Source: an uncultured Chloroflexota bacterium | Lineage (GTDB): Bacteria; Chloroflexota; Dehalococcoidia; CAUJGQ01 | NCBI GenBank assembly: GCA_937879875.1 | Contig: CALFMN010000244.1 | Coordinates: forward strand, 46,433-110,432 | Direction of reading: 5' to 3' | Length of the DNA: 64,000 bases | Shown here: in pieces, positions 11,825 through 21,066 of the stretch | How positions within the stretch are numbered: position 1 is the stretch's first letter | Layout of the letters: every line of letters begins with the position of its first letter | Program-made: the position numbers and the translations under genes | Notes under the pieces: model-generated | What the model saw: only the letters and a program-made list of their open reading frames with translations | What the model was told of the DNA's origin: nothing | Database searches by the model: none

Positions 11825-12091
11825 ATGCTCACCAAGGATAAACGCGAGGAGATTATCTCCTCATACCGCACGCACGACACGGACACCGGCTCGCCCGAAG
11901 TCCAGGTCGCCTTGCTTACGGCGCGCATCACCGAGCTGACCGACCACCTGCGCACGCACAAGAAGGACCACCACTCGCGCCGCGGCCTGCTCAAGCTCGT
12001 CGGTCAACGCCGCCGTACGCTCGCCTACCTCAACAAGTCGGACGTCGAGCGCTACCGCACCGTCATCGCCCGGCTGGGCCTCCGCAAATAG
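11825..12091 (+). CDS. rpsO: 30S ribosomal protein S15
   Basis: [56 protein letters not shown]... is the canonical S15 sequence. Confidence 0.95.
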   Translation: MLTKDKREEIISSYRTHDTDTGSPEVQVALLTARITELTDHLRTHKKDHHSRRGLLKLVGQRRRTLAYLNKSDVERYRTVIARLGLRK

Positions 12092-12344
12092 GCGCGGGGG
12101 CCTTTTCATTTGGAGGCAGTGAGCGCGGGCCGGAGGCAGCCTCGGCTGCGGCTGGCCGGGCAGCCAGCATACGTCTGGCGCCGTTGACCATCGCTCACCG
12201 ATCAGCCTCCGAACGAAGGGCACCCTTCAGCACGGCCTTCGCCGGCCGCGCGCACGCCAACCCACGGCTCCCAGCGCCGATGCGGCCACTGCTCCCGCGC
12301 ACACGCGGTCGAGCGCCAATACACAGTAGAAAAGACAAGGACCA

Positions 12345-14630
12345 ATGCCAGACTACGTCGAAACCCAGATCAACGGCCGCCCGCTCCTGATCGAGACGGG
12401 CACGCTCGCCCAACAGGCCGGCGGCTCCGTCAGCGTGCGCTACGGCGACACCGTGGTGCTCGTCACCGCTACCGCCAGCCCGCAGCCGCGCCCGCTCGAC
12501 TTCTTCCCCCTGACCGTGGACTACGAAGAGCGGCTCTATGCCGCCGGCAAGATTCCCGGCAGTTTCTTCCGCCGCGAAGGCCGCCCCGGCACCGAGGCGA
12601 TCCTCGCCGCCCGCCTGACGGACCGGCCGATTCGCCCGCTCTTTCCCAACGGCTTCCGCAACGACGTGCAGGTAATCATCACCGTGCTCTCGGCCGATCA
12701 GGAGAACGACCCGGACGTGCTCGGCACGATCGGCGCCTCCGCCGCGCTGATGATCTCCAACATCCCCTTCGACGGCCCGATCAGCAGCGTGCGCGTCGGC
12801 CGCGTGGACGGCAGGTTCGTCGCCCTGCCCACGTACAGCGAGCTGCAAAAGAGCGATCTCGACCTCGTGGTGGCGGGCACGCGCGACGCGATCATGATGG
12901 TCGAGTGCGGCTCACAAGAAGTCTCAGAGGACGACATGGTGGCGGCGATCCGCTTCGGCGACGAGGTCAACAAGCAGATCATCGCCGTGCAGGAAGAGCT
13001 GATCGCCCGCAACGGCAAGCCGAAGATGGAGGTCGCGGTCAAGCAGGTTGACCCAGAGGTCGCCGGCGCCGTACGCGCCTACCTCGCGGACAAGATCGGC
13101 CCGGCGCTGGGCGGCGCGTCCAAAGAGGCGCAGCGCGAGGCCGAGGACCGCGCCCGCGACGATGTGCTGGAGCATTTCGCCGAGCAGTACGACAAGGACG
13201 CCGTGCTCTCCGTCTTCGAGTCGATGCTCAAAGACGGTGTGCGCAACGCGATCATCGACGAGGCGCGCCGCCCCGATGGCCGCGCCCTCACCGAGATTCG
13301 CCCGCTGAGCTGCGCCGTGGGCATCCTGCCGCGTACGCACGGCACCGGCCTCTTCCAGCGCGGCGAGACGCAGATCCTGACGATCGCCACGCTCGGTGGC
13401 GTGGGCGAGGTGCAGAAGATCGACAGCCTCTCGCAGGAAGAGACCAAGCGCTACATGCACCACTACAACTTTCCGCCGTTCTCCGTGGGTGAGGTGCGGC
13501 GCGTGGGCTCGCCCGGCCGGCGCGAGATCGGCCACGGCGCCCTGGCCGAGCGGGCGCTGCTGCCGGTGATTCCGCCGGTGGAAGAGTTCCCCTACACGTT
13601 GCGGCTCGTCTCCGAGACGCTCGGCTCGAACGGCAGCAGCTCGATGGGCAGCGTCTGCGGCAGCACGCTGGCGCTGATGGACGCGGGCGTGCCGCTGCGC
13701 AAGCCGGTGGCCGGCGTGGCGATGGGCCTGGTGATGCGCGATGACGGCAAGTACACCGTGCTCACCGATATCGCCGGCATCGAAGACCATCTGGGCGACA
13801 TGGACTTCAAAGTCGCCGGCACCAAAGACGGCATCACCGCGCTGCAAATGGACATCAAGGTCAAGGGCATTACGCCGGAGATCATGGAGAAAGCGCTGGC
13901 GCAGGCCAAAGACGGCCGCATGTTCATCATGAACGCGATGTTAGAAACGATTCCCGAGCCGCGCGCCGAGATGTCGCCCTACGCGCCGCGCATGTACACG
14001 ATCCGCATCAACCCGGAGAAGATCGGCGCGGTGATCGGCCCCGGCGGCAAGACGATCCGCTCGATTATCGAAGCGACCAAGGCCACGATCGACATCGAGG
14101 ACGACGGCAAGGTCTTCATCGGCTCGGCCAACGAGGAGGGCGCCCGCAAGGCGATCCAGATGGTCGAGGGGCTGACCAAAGAGGTCGAGGTCGGCCAGGT
14201 CTACACGGGCAAGGTCACGCGCATCATGCCCTTCGGCGCCTTCGTGGAGATTCTGCCGAACAAGGACGGCCTGGTCCACATCTCCGAGTTGGCCGACCAC
14301 CGCGTGGAGCGCGTCGAAGACGAGGTCAACATCGGCGACGAAGTGACCGTCGTGGTCAGCGAGATCGACCACATGGGCCGCATCAACCTCTCGCGCCGTG
14401 CCTTATTGGACGGCAGCCGCAACGGCGCCGGCGAGGGCGAAGGCGAAGATATGGAGGGCCGGCGCGGCGGCTCGCTGATGGGCGGGCGCGGCAGGCCGGG
14501 CGGCGGCCGTCCCGGCGGCTTCGGCGGTCGCGGCCCCGGTGGACCCGGCGGCGGCCCGCCGCGGCGCGGCCCGGGTGGTCCCGGCGGCGGCTTCGGCGGC
14601 CCCGGCAATGGCGGCCCGCGCCGCCGCTAA
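12345..14630 (+). CDS. pnp: Polyribonucleotide nucleotidyltransferase (PNPase) with C-terminal Gly/Arg/Pro-rich tail
   Basis: Two RNase PH domains, a KH domain and an S1 domain are present. It is in conserved synteny after rpsO. The last ~75 aa are low-complexity ([25 protein letters not shown]...). Confidence 0.95.
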   Translation: MPDYVETQINGRPLLIETGTLAQQAGGSVSVRYGDTVVLVTATASPQPRPLDFFPLTVDYEERLYAAGKIPGSFFRREGRPGTEAILAARLTDRPIRPLFPNGFRNDVQVIITVLSADQENDPDVLGTIGASAALMISNIPFDGPISSVRVGRVDGRFVALPTYSELQKSDLDLVVAGTRDAIMMVECGSQEVSEDDMVAAIRFGDEVNKQIIAVQEELIARNGKPKMEVAVKQVDPEVAGAVRAYLADKIGPALGGASKEAQREAEDRARDDVLEHFAEQYDKDAVLSVFESMLKDGVRNAIIDEARRPDGRALTEIRPLSCAVGILPRTHGTGLFQRGETQILTIATLGGVGEVQKIDSLSQEETKRYMHHYNFPPFSVGEVRRVGSPGRREIGHGALAERALLPVIPPVEEFPYTLRLVSETLGSNGSSSMGSVCGSTLALMDAGVPLRKPVAGVAMGLVMRDDGKYTVLTDIAGIEDHLGDMDFKVAGTKDGITALQMDIKVKGITPEIMEKALAQAKDGRMFIMNAMLETIPEPRAEMSPYAPRMYTIRINPEKIGAVIGPGGKTIRSIIEATKATIDIEDDGKVFIGSANEEGARKAIQMVEGLTKEVEVGQVYTGKVTRIMPFGAFVEILPNKDGLVHISELADHRVERVEDEVNIGDEVTVVVSEIDHMGRINLSRRALLDGSRNGAGEGEGEDMEGRRGGSLMGGRGRPGGGRPGGFGGRGPGGPGGGPPRRGPGGPGGGFGGPGNGGPRRR

Positions 14631-14658
14631 GCGGCGTTGCGCGTGCAGACTTGCTCCC

Positions 14659-14688
14659 GGCGGGCCGTCGCTCTGGTGACGGCCCGCC
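14659..14688 (+). terminator. Putative pnp terminator hairpin
   Basis: GGCGGGCCGTC-gctctggt-GACGGCCCGCC is an 11-bp stem lying 28 nt after the pnp stop. The downstream tract is only weakly T-rich. Confidence 0.4.
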
Positions 14689-14740
14689 GATCTGCTTGCC
14701 CTGCATTGCTACAATCAAGAGACAGCGCGGCGGTGAAACG

Positions 14741-15049
14741 ATGACCACGAGCACACCGATCGATATCGGTACGCTGATCTACTCGCGCCCCGATCTGCAT
14801 TCCGGCAAGCCCTGCCTCACCGGCACGGGCATGACGGTGCATGCCGTCGCCGGAATGTATCTGGCCGGAATGAGCGCCGAGCAAATCCAGTCCGAGTTTC
14901 CCGATCTGGACCTCACCCTCTTCTATGCGGCGATCACCTACTACCTCGCGAATCGGACCCGGATCGACACCGAGCTGGCAGAGGAACAGGCGCTCGCCGA
15001 GGAACTCGCGGCCCGCTACCCGCAAGGGTGGCGCCGCGAGAATATGTAG
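14741..15049 (+). CDS. DUF433-domain protein (putative antitoxin), copy 1
   Basis: MTTSTPIDIGTLIYSRPDLHSGKPCLTGTGMTVHAVAGMY... is a typical DUF433 sequence. It is immediately followed by a DUF5615 gene. Confidence 0.75.
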   Translation: MTTSTPIDIGTLIYSRPDLHSGKPCLTGTGMTVHAVAGMYLAGMSAEQIQSEFPDLDLTLFYAAITYYLANRTRIDTELAEEQALAEELAARYPQGWRRENM

Positions 15050-15055
15050 CGCCGG

Positions 15056-15412
15056 GTGTTTTCGCTGTATCTGGACGAAGACAGCATGGGCCGCGGTCTG
15101 CTTACTGGCCTGCGTCGGCGCGGCGTCGACGTGGTCACGGTGCAGGAGGAACGCAGACGCGGCCAGCCGGACATCGCCCAGCTTGAGTGGGCGACGCGGC
15201 ACGGTCGTGTGCTGTACACCAAGAACGCCGGGGACTTCCAGCGCCTCCACACCGAGATCCTTCTCAGCGAGCGACATCATGCGGGTATCATCGTCTTGAC
15301 CGGGCGCAGCATTTCCGTGGGCCATCAGCTACGTGGCTTGTTCACGATCTTGGACGGACGCACGGCTGAAGAGATGATCGATGCCCTCGAATACCTCAGT
15401 AATTGGCGGTGA
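15056..15412 (+). CDS. DUF5615-family PIN-like protein (putative toxin)
   Basis: VFSLYLDEDSMGRGLLTGLRRRGVDVVTVQE...GRVLYTKNAGDF matches the DUF5615 pattern. It has a GTG start 6 nt after the DUF433 stop. Confidence 0.7.
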   Translation: MFSLYLDEDSMGRGLLTGLRRRGVDVVTVQEERRRGQPDIAQLEWATRHGRVLYTKNAGDFQRLHTEILLSERHHAGIIVLTGRSISVGHQLRGLFTILDGRTAEEMIDALEYLSNWR

Positions 15413-15416
15413 AGCG

Positions 15417-15731
15417 ATGACCACGAGCACACCGGTCGATATCGGCACGCTGATCTACTCCCGCCCGGACCTGCACTCGGGCAAGCCCTGTCTTGCCGGC
15501 ACGGGCATGACCGTGCACGCCGTCGCCGCACGCTACAACCGCGGCATGAGCGCCGAGCAGATTCAGGACTCGATTCCCGACCTCGACCTGAGTTTGTTCT
15601 ACGCGGCGATCACCTACTACCTCGCCAACCGCGCCCGCATCGACGCCGACTTCGCAGCCGACGCGGCTCTGTACGACGAACTCGCGGCCCGTTACCCCAA
15701 CGGTTGGCGCCGCGAGAACATGCGCCCCTGA
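15417..15731 (+). CDS. DUF433-domain protein, copy 2 (recent paralog of 14741..15049)
   Basis: About 85% identical to copy 1 (MTTSTPVDIGTLIYSRPDLHSGKPCLAGTGMTVHAVAARY...). It starts 4 nt after the DUF5615 stop. Confidence 0.75.
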   Translation: MTTSTPVDIGTLIYSRPDLHSGKPCLAGTGMTVHAVAARYNRGMSAEQIQDSIPDLDLSLFYAAITYYLANRARIDADFAADAALYDELAARYPNGWRRENMRP

Positions 15732-15827
15732 ACCATCCGTGAGCGGATTCCCGGTGGCTGGCGGCGAGCCGACAGCAGGCTTGATGTGGTATGATCTGGC
15801 AAGGTTTGGCAGGGGTGAGAATCCTCC

Positions 15828-16115
15828 ATGGAACGGGGTGAGGTTTCACTGCATGAAGTGCTGGTCTACTCCGCACTTCGAAATCGGCCGGGCGAGTGGC
15901 TCACCAACCACCGAATAGCAGAGCTTGTTCCTCAGGTGGCGTCACGTACTGTTCGATCCCATACCTTCCGATTGGCTAAAGGTGGGGTGATTGAGCAGGC
16001 GGAGGTATTCCCTGGTCATCGCTATCGTTGGACGGCGCTTGGCGTGAAGCGGAATCCCGCGTATACGCAGCGACTTGAGCGAGCTTCCGAGGTATTTGGC
16101 ATTTCCAAGGGCTAG
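15828..16115 (+). CDS. Small hypothetical protein, possible winged-helix DNA-binding protein
   Basis: A 95-aa ORF with balanced composition in a locally lower-GC stretch (about 55%). It reads ...HRIAELVPQVASRTVRSHTFRLAKGGVIEQ..., which looks HTH-like. Confidence 0.45.
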   Translation: MERGEVSLHEVLVYSALRNRPGEWLTNHRIAELVPQVASRTVRSHTFRLAKGGVIEQAEVFPGHRYRWTALGVKRNPAYTQRLERASEVFGISKG

Positions 16116-16130
16116 CCCATGCCGCACCTA

Positions 16131-16670
16131 TCAAAGCCTCGCTATGCTGTCCGATCCCGCATCGGTGAAGGACCCGAGCATCGCGTCCACCCAGAATCTC
16201 TCCGATATCTCTGCCAGGACGACGTGATCGCCTACCTGCACGCTGCCGCCGGTCACGATGTGCGCCCGCAGGCCGCCGCGCGTGGCAAGCTCGCGCATGG
16301 CGCCGGGGCGCGTGAACTGCTCGAGCCAGCGGCAGGGGTCGCAGCGGCGCACGCCGAGCAACGTGGCCTCGCCGATCCGGAAGGTCGCGCCGATCAGCGT
16401 GTCGAGGTCCACGCCGCGGGTGACGATGTTGCGGCGCAGGCTGGCCGGAGCGAGGCCAAGCGCCTCAGCCGTCTCGGCCATGATCAGCGTCAGTTCCTGG
16501 TCGGGCCAGCGCGGATCGCTCCAGTGGCCCGTGCCGAGCGCGTAGCGGTCGCCGGCGATGCCTTTGCCGGCCAGCAGCTCGATCTGCCGGTGGCGCAGCA
16601 TCGGTGCGCCGGCGCTCGGCGCTGTGCAGAGCGCCACGACCGTGCCCTCGATGGTTCGCTGCGACGCCAT
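16131..16670 (-). CDS. MOSC-domain protein
   Basis: Start was chosen at MASQRTIEGTVVAL... The pattern GDRYALGTGHWSD...RQIELL...CDPCRWLEQ is typical of MOSC/YiiM-like proteins. Confidence 0.7.
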   Translation of the reverse strand: MASQRTIEGTVVALCTAPSAGAPMLRHRQIELLAGKGIAGDRYALGTGHWSDPRWPDQELTLIMAETAEALGLAPASLRRNIVTRGVDLDTLIGATFRIGEATLLGVRRCDPCRWLEQFTRPGAMRELATRGGLRAHIVTGGSVQVGDHVVLAEISERFWVDAMLGSFTDAGSDSIARL

Positions 16671-16766
16671 GCGTTCAGTGTAGCGGACCGCGGGGTTCAC
16701 GAACCGCCCGTGCCGCACCGCGTATACCAGGCGCCGTTCGGTGCAGTTGCCGCGTCGCGGTGCGGT

Positions 16767-17030
16767 CTATTTCAGCCGGCGCACGCCTTGCAGCACGAAC
16801 AGGGCGCCGATGGCGATGGCGAACCAGCCGCGGGCCGTGCCGCCGGTGTCGTGCAAGGCGAGGTCGCCGTACACGAGCCAGAGCAGGCCCGTGACAAGCT
16901 GCGCGGCGCCGACCGTGCGCCAGAGTAGCGGCCGCGTCGTCGTGCCGCGTATGCGGCGCAGATCCGCCAGCAGCGTGGCGCAGGCCACGATCAGCGAGGC
17001 GAGCACCGTGACCGCGAGTAACGCCGTCAC
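16767..17030 (-). CDS. Small hydrophobic membrane protein (hypothetical)
   Basis: Two predicted transmembrane helices (ALLAVTVLASLIVACATLLA; LVTGLLWLVYG...FAIAIGALFVLQG). The start is uncertain and may be GTG. Confidence 0.35.
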   Translation of the reverse strand: MTALLAVTVLASLIVACATLLADLRRIRGTTTRPLLWRTVGAAQLVTGLLWLVYGDLALHDTGGTARGWFAIAIGALFVLQGVRRLK

Positions 17031-18679
17031 TGGTTCCAGGCGAAGACACCGGCCGCCACGTTCGTGAGCTGCCAGCGAGCGTCTTGCGGTCCAAGCTGGA
17101 TTACCCACGGTTCACCCGACGCGCCGGTGGCGAGCGCGTACTCGCCGTGCACCGTGGCCGGCGTCAGTGGCGGGCGGACGTCCAGCAGCCGGTCACCCGC
17201 CGTCTCGGTCAGCGGCGCCCGCGAGCCGTCGGCCGTAATGCGGCGAATGATGCGGTCGGGCAATTCGATGTCGGCGAGACCGCGCGGCACCTCCTCCTCG
17301 ATGCGCAGCGTGCGGCTGTCCGGCTCCCAGGCGACGCCGATGATGTTACGGTCCACGCGCAACGGCCAGGCGAGCGGGTAGTATGTCGCACCGCGCGGCT
17401 CCAACACGTTCATGGGCAGACCCGCCGAAAGCTGCGACTCGTCGTCGCGGCCTTGCAGGCGGCTGGTGAAGGCGAGCTGCTTGCTGTCCGGCGACCAGGC
17501 GACCATGCCGGCCTTCGCCCCGCGCGGACAGCGTAGCTGCCCTGCCTGCACGGCGTAGGCGGCGTCAGCCTGCAACGAGAGCAGGCAGAGGCCGAACGAG
17601 ACGGAATCACAGGCCGTGCCCATCAGCAGGGCGATGTAGCGTCCGTCGGGCGACGGCGAGATGCCGGCGACGAAGCCCTGCATCGTGCCTTCGTAGAGGT
17701 CCGTGGCCCGGCCGCCGGCCGTGTCCACCAGCCGCAGGGCGTAGGTGTTGCTGGTCCGCTCGCAGGCGTTGCCGGGCGCGTCATATTCGGCCGTGAGCAG
17801 GTGGAACGAGTCGGCCGACCACGAGACGGCGCCCGGATAGCCCTCGCTCGTGCCCGCCGGCGGATAGACCGTATGCAGCCCCGTCGCCGCGTCGTACACC
17901 TGCAAGAGGCGGCCGGCATCGGTGTCGGCGCTGAGCAGCAGCTCCTTGCCGTCGTGCGACCAGGCGAGGCCGGAGTAGTATGCACCGGCGTGTTGCCCGC
18001 TGCCCATGCCGGTAATCTGCCGGGCGTTCGACCCGTCGGCGTCGATCGTCCAGACGTTGCCATCCGGCGCGGTGTACGCGACGGTGCCGAGGTTATGCGG
18101 CCGGTTCGTATAGCCGACGAAGCTCTCGGCCGGATTCTGCACCGGCGTCAGCCCTTCGGGATAGGTGTAGCCGCGGCCGGCAAGGTGCACGACTTCCTGC
18201 CCTTGCACCGTCTGCACGTTATCCACGAACACAAGCAGCTTGAAGGGCAGACAATCGATCGCCTGCGAGTCCTGCTCGAAGGACAGCCGGACTTTGAGGC
18301 AGCCGCCCTGCGTATTCACCTGGCCCCAGGTGCCGGCCGCGATCTTCGCGGGCGGTGTGGCGTCCGGTACGAGCACCTGCGGCGCAGGCGGCGCGGTGGG
18401 CAGCGGCGTCGGCGTGTCGGTCGTCGTCGCTGCTGGGCCGGCGCTGGTCGGAGCGCCGGCGATGGCAGTCGCTGCCGGGCCGGCGGCGCCCGCTGCGGTG
18501 GCTGAAGCGCCAGCGCTGCCTTCGCCCCCGCTGCTTGCACTGGTCGTTGCGGCCGTGCTGCTCGGCGGGAGCGCCGGCGAAGCCTGGCCGGCTGGAGGCG
18601 TCGCGGACTTGCCGCCGCTGCACGCGGCAGCCAGCACCATGACGGCACAGATTCCGAGCAGCCGCCCGTTCCCGAGCAT
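17027..18679 (-). CDS. TolB-like beta-propeller lipoprotein
   Basis: The lipobox MLGNGRLLGICAVMVLAAAC is followed by an A/S/T/P linker. Repeated WS(P/H)DG/SPDG beta-propeller blades follow (WSHDGKELLL, ISPSPDGRYIA, WSPDSKQLAF, WEPDSRTL). Confidence 0.7.
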   Translation of the reverse strand: MLGNGRLLGICAVMVLAAACSGGKSATPPAGQASPALPPSSTAATTSASSGGEGSAGASATAAGAAGPAATAIAGAPTSAGPAATTTDTPTPLPTAPPAPQVLVPDATPPAKIAAGTWGQVNTQGGCLKVRLSFEQDSQAIDCLPFKLLVFVDNVQTVQGQEVVHLAGRGYTYPEGLTPVQNPAESFVGYTNRPHNLGTVAYTAPDGNVWTIDADGSNARQITGMGSGQHAGAYYSGLAWSHDGKELLLSADTDAGRLLQVYDAATGLHTVYPPAGTSEGYPGAVSWSADSFHLLTAEYDAPGNACERTSNTYALRLVDTAGGRATDLYEGTMQGFVAGISPSPDGRYIALLMGTACDSVSFGLCLLSLQADAAYAVQAGQLRCPRGAKAGMVAWSPDSKQLAFTSRLQGRDDESQLSAGLPMNVLEPRGATYYPLAWPLRVDRNIIGVAWEPDSRTLRIEEEVPRGLADIELPDRIIRRITADGSRAPLTETAGDRLLDVRPPLTPATVHGEYALATGASGEPWVIQLGPQDARWQLTNVAAGVFAWNQ

Positions 18680-18806
18680 GGTGCGGCCGGTCCGCCCCAC
18701 GGCTCTCACGCGCCAGCGGTGGCCAGCCGGCCGGCCTTGAAACCATCTATGACTCCGGGTCATCGGCCGCAATCCCGCGCTGGTGGTGTGCGTCGTGTGC
18801 AAGCAG

Positions 18807-19529
18807 TCAAGGCGTCGGCTTCGGCGAGGCAGCGGGGGCGGCAAAGGGGGTCGGGGTCTGGTCGGTTTCCTGAATCGTGATGCTGATGATGCGGTCGCCG
18901 GGCGGGGCACCGGGATTGGTGGACGGGTCGCGCGGCGTGAGCTTGTCGACCACGTCCTGGCCGGAGATCACCTGGCCGAAGACGGTGAACCGGCCGTCCA
19001 GCGAAGGCTGCGGCGCCATCGTGATGTAGAACTGGCTGCCGGCCGAATTCGGCTGATCGGTCTTCGCCATCGCGATCGCGCCGGTGTCGTGCAGCAAGGG
19101 GCTCTTCTCATCGGGGATGGTGTAGCCTGGGTCGCCCCCGCCGTTGCCCTGCGGGTCGCCGCACTGCGCCACGAAGTTCGGGATCACACGGTGACAGGTC
19201 GTGCCGTCGTAGAAGTGCTGGTGGGCGAGGAAGACGAAGTTGTTCACCGTGAGCGGCGCGGCTTTCGCATTCAGTTCGACCATAACAGCGCCTTTGGCGA
19301 ACTTGATCGTGGCGATGTAGCCCTTGTTCGGGTCGATCGTGAACGGCGGCGCTTTGTCGAACTTGATAATGCCGCCCGCGCGCGCTCCCGAAGCGATGGG
19401 CGTTGGCGCCGGCGTGCCCGGCCCGCCGGTTGCCTTCTTGTTGTTGGTCGAGCCGCACGCCGTGCCCGCGAGCAGCAGCGTCGCCGTCAGCAGCGCCGCG
19501 CCGCACGCCCACCACGACTTCACCCTCAC
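18807..19529 (-). CDS. Cyclophilin-type peptidyl-prolyl cis-trans isomerase, lipoprotein
   Basis: The lipobox LLLAGTAC is present. The cyclophilin core FHRVIPNFVAQCGDP...GAIAMAKTDQPNSAGSQFYIT is present. Confidence 0.85.
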   Translation of the reverse strand: MRVKSWWACGAALLTATLLLAGTACGSTNNKKATGGPGTPAPTPIASGARAGGIIKFDKAPPFTIDPNKGYIATIKFAKGAVMVELNAKAAPLTVNNFVFLAHQHFYDGTTCHRVIPNFVAQCGDPQGNGGGDPGYTIPDEKSPLLHDTGAIAMAKTDQPNSAGSQFYITMAPQPSLDGRFTVFGQVISGQDVVDKLTPRDPSTNPGAPPGDRIISITIQETDQTPTPFAAPAASPKPTP

Positions 19530-19601
19530 CCCATCCTCCTCAACCCCCCGCCCCAGGCGGTTCGCCGCTGAGCCGGTATCGAATCGCGAGCACGCCGAGT
19601 C

Positions 19602-21008
19602 TCACGGGGTTGTTCCCGGCGCCGCGGCGCCGTCGAGATCCAGCGTGACCGCGGCCGCGCTCCAACTCGCCTGCGCGGCGGAGACGCCATTGACGCGCAG
19701 CTCAACCGTTGCGCCGGGGCTGCCGCAGCCGGCCTGCATCGCTGCCGCGGGCACGAGTAGAGCATACGAGGCGCGGCCGTTCTGGGTGAAGCTGGTCGTG
19801 GAGGCGCAGAGCACGTCGTTGACATACGCTTCGACGGGCGTGCCATCGGGCGCCGGCTCGCCCGCGACGGTGAGCGCGCCGGCAAAGCCGGCGGGCACGA
19901 GCCGCAGCGAGGCGGCCAGGTCGATCGCGCCCGCCCCGGCCCAGCCGGGCGCAGCGCCGTCCGCCAGCGGCCGTGCCCCGAGTACGAGCAACTCGGTCAG
20001 CCAGTCGGGCGTCAGCAAGGCGTTCTGCGAGAGCAGGAGCGCCGCAGCGCCGCCGACGATGCCCGCGGCGAAGGGCGTACCGTAGGTCGTGGCGTAGAGG
20101 TCATCAGGCGGCATTCTGCCGGCCTGCCGCGGGATCGTGCTCGCAATGTCGAGCGCGGGCGCGGCGATCGCGATCTCCGGTCCCCAGTTGCTGCCTGTTC
20201 TGCCCCTGCCCACGCGCAGACGCGTGCGGCCAGGAAGCTGATAGCCGCCGACGGCGAGCGCTTGCGGCGCCGCCGCCGGATCGGCTACGCAGGGTTGACT
20301 GCTATCGCCGGCCGGCGCCACGACCAGCACACCGCGGTCGCGCGCGTACTGCACCGCGTCCGCCAGCAGGCGGTTCGGCGCGCGGCAGCCGCCGCCGGAG
20401 CCGCGTGAGGCGGCCAGCCCCAGCACGGCGATGCGGGCGCCGGCGTCGGCGGCGTAGCGAATGCCCGCGGCCACGGTTTCGGCGTTGCTGCCGTCGCGGC
20501 AGTCCGAGACACGCACGGCCATCAGCGAGACGTGCCAGGCGACGCCGGCGATGCCCAGGCCATTATCGCCAGCCGCGCCGATCACGCCGGCCAGAAAGGT
20601 GCCGTGCGGGCTCAGCGCCGAGACATCGCCCGTACGAGCCGGCCCGATCCCGCTGCAGCTCGCCGCGGCGTCGTTCGGGTCGAGCAGCGTGCAGCCGTGC
20701 AGGTCGCCCGCGCAGCCGAAGGCGCCGGGCGTCGGGTTCTGCCAGATATTGACGGCGAGGTCCGGGTGCATCGCGTCGATGCCGCTGTCGATCACGGCGA
20801 CGACGACCGCGGGGTCGCCGGTCTGCGTATCCCACGCCGCCGGCGCGTCGATGTCGGCCAGATACGCCTGCTTCGAGACGAAGAGCGGATCGTTCGGCGT
20901 ATGCAGCTCGGTTGCCCGCATCCGGACCGTGCCGCCGAGCGATCCGGCGACAAGCAGGCCAATAGTGAACACCAACGCCCTCAGCGCCTGGTTTCGCACG
21001 GTTCTCAC
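19602..21008 (-). CDS. Secreted subtilisin-like (S8) protein, apparently lacking the catalytic Ser
   Basis: A signal peptide is present. The Asp motif VAVIDSGID and the His motif SPHGTFLAGVIG are conserved. At the position of the Ser motif GTSxA(A)PH the sequence reads YGTPFAAGIV. Confidence 0.7.
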   Translation of the reverse strand: MRTVRNQALRALVFTIGLLVAGSLGGTVRMRATELHTPNDPLFVSKQAYLADIDAPAAWDTQTGDPAVVVAVIDSGIDAMHPDLAVNIWQNPTPGAFGCAGDLHGCTLLDPNDAAASCSGIGPARTGDVSALSPHGTFLAGVIGAAGDNGLGIAGVAWHVSLMAVRVSDCRDGSNAETVAAGIRYAADAGARIAVLGLAASRGSGGGCRAPNRLLADAVQYARDRGVLVVAPAGDSSQPCVADPAAAPQALAVGGYQLPGRTRLRVGRGRTGSNWGPEIAIAAPALDIASTIPRQAGRMPPDDLYATTYGTPFAAGIVGGAAALLLSQNALLTPDWLTELLVLGARPLADGAAPGWAGAGAIDLAASLRLVPAGFAGALTVAGEPAPDGTPVEAYVNDVLCASTTSFTQNGRASYALLVPAAAMQAGCGSPGATVELRVNGVSAAQASWSAAAVTLDLDGAAAPGTTP

Positions 21009-21066
21009 GCTGTCTCACCGCCCTTTCCGAAGTGCGCTGCACGGCGGATGACGCAAGCTGCGGCGA

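Noticed and set aside
12092-12344. rpsO-pnp intercistronic region as a specific regulatory RNA
   Set aside because: An RNase III/PNPase autoregulatory hairpin is expected here from other bacteria. I could not identify a clean stem by eye, so it is not reported as a feature.
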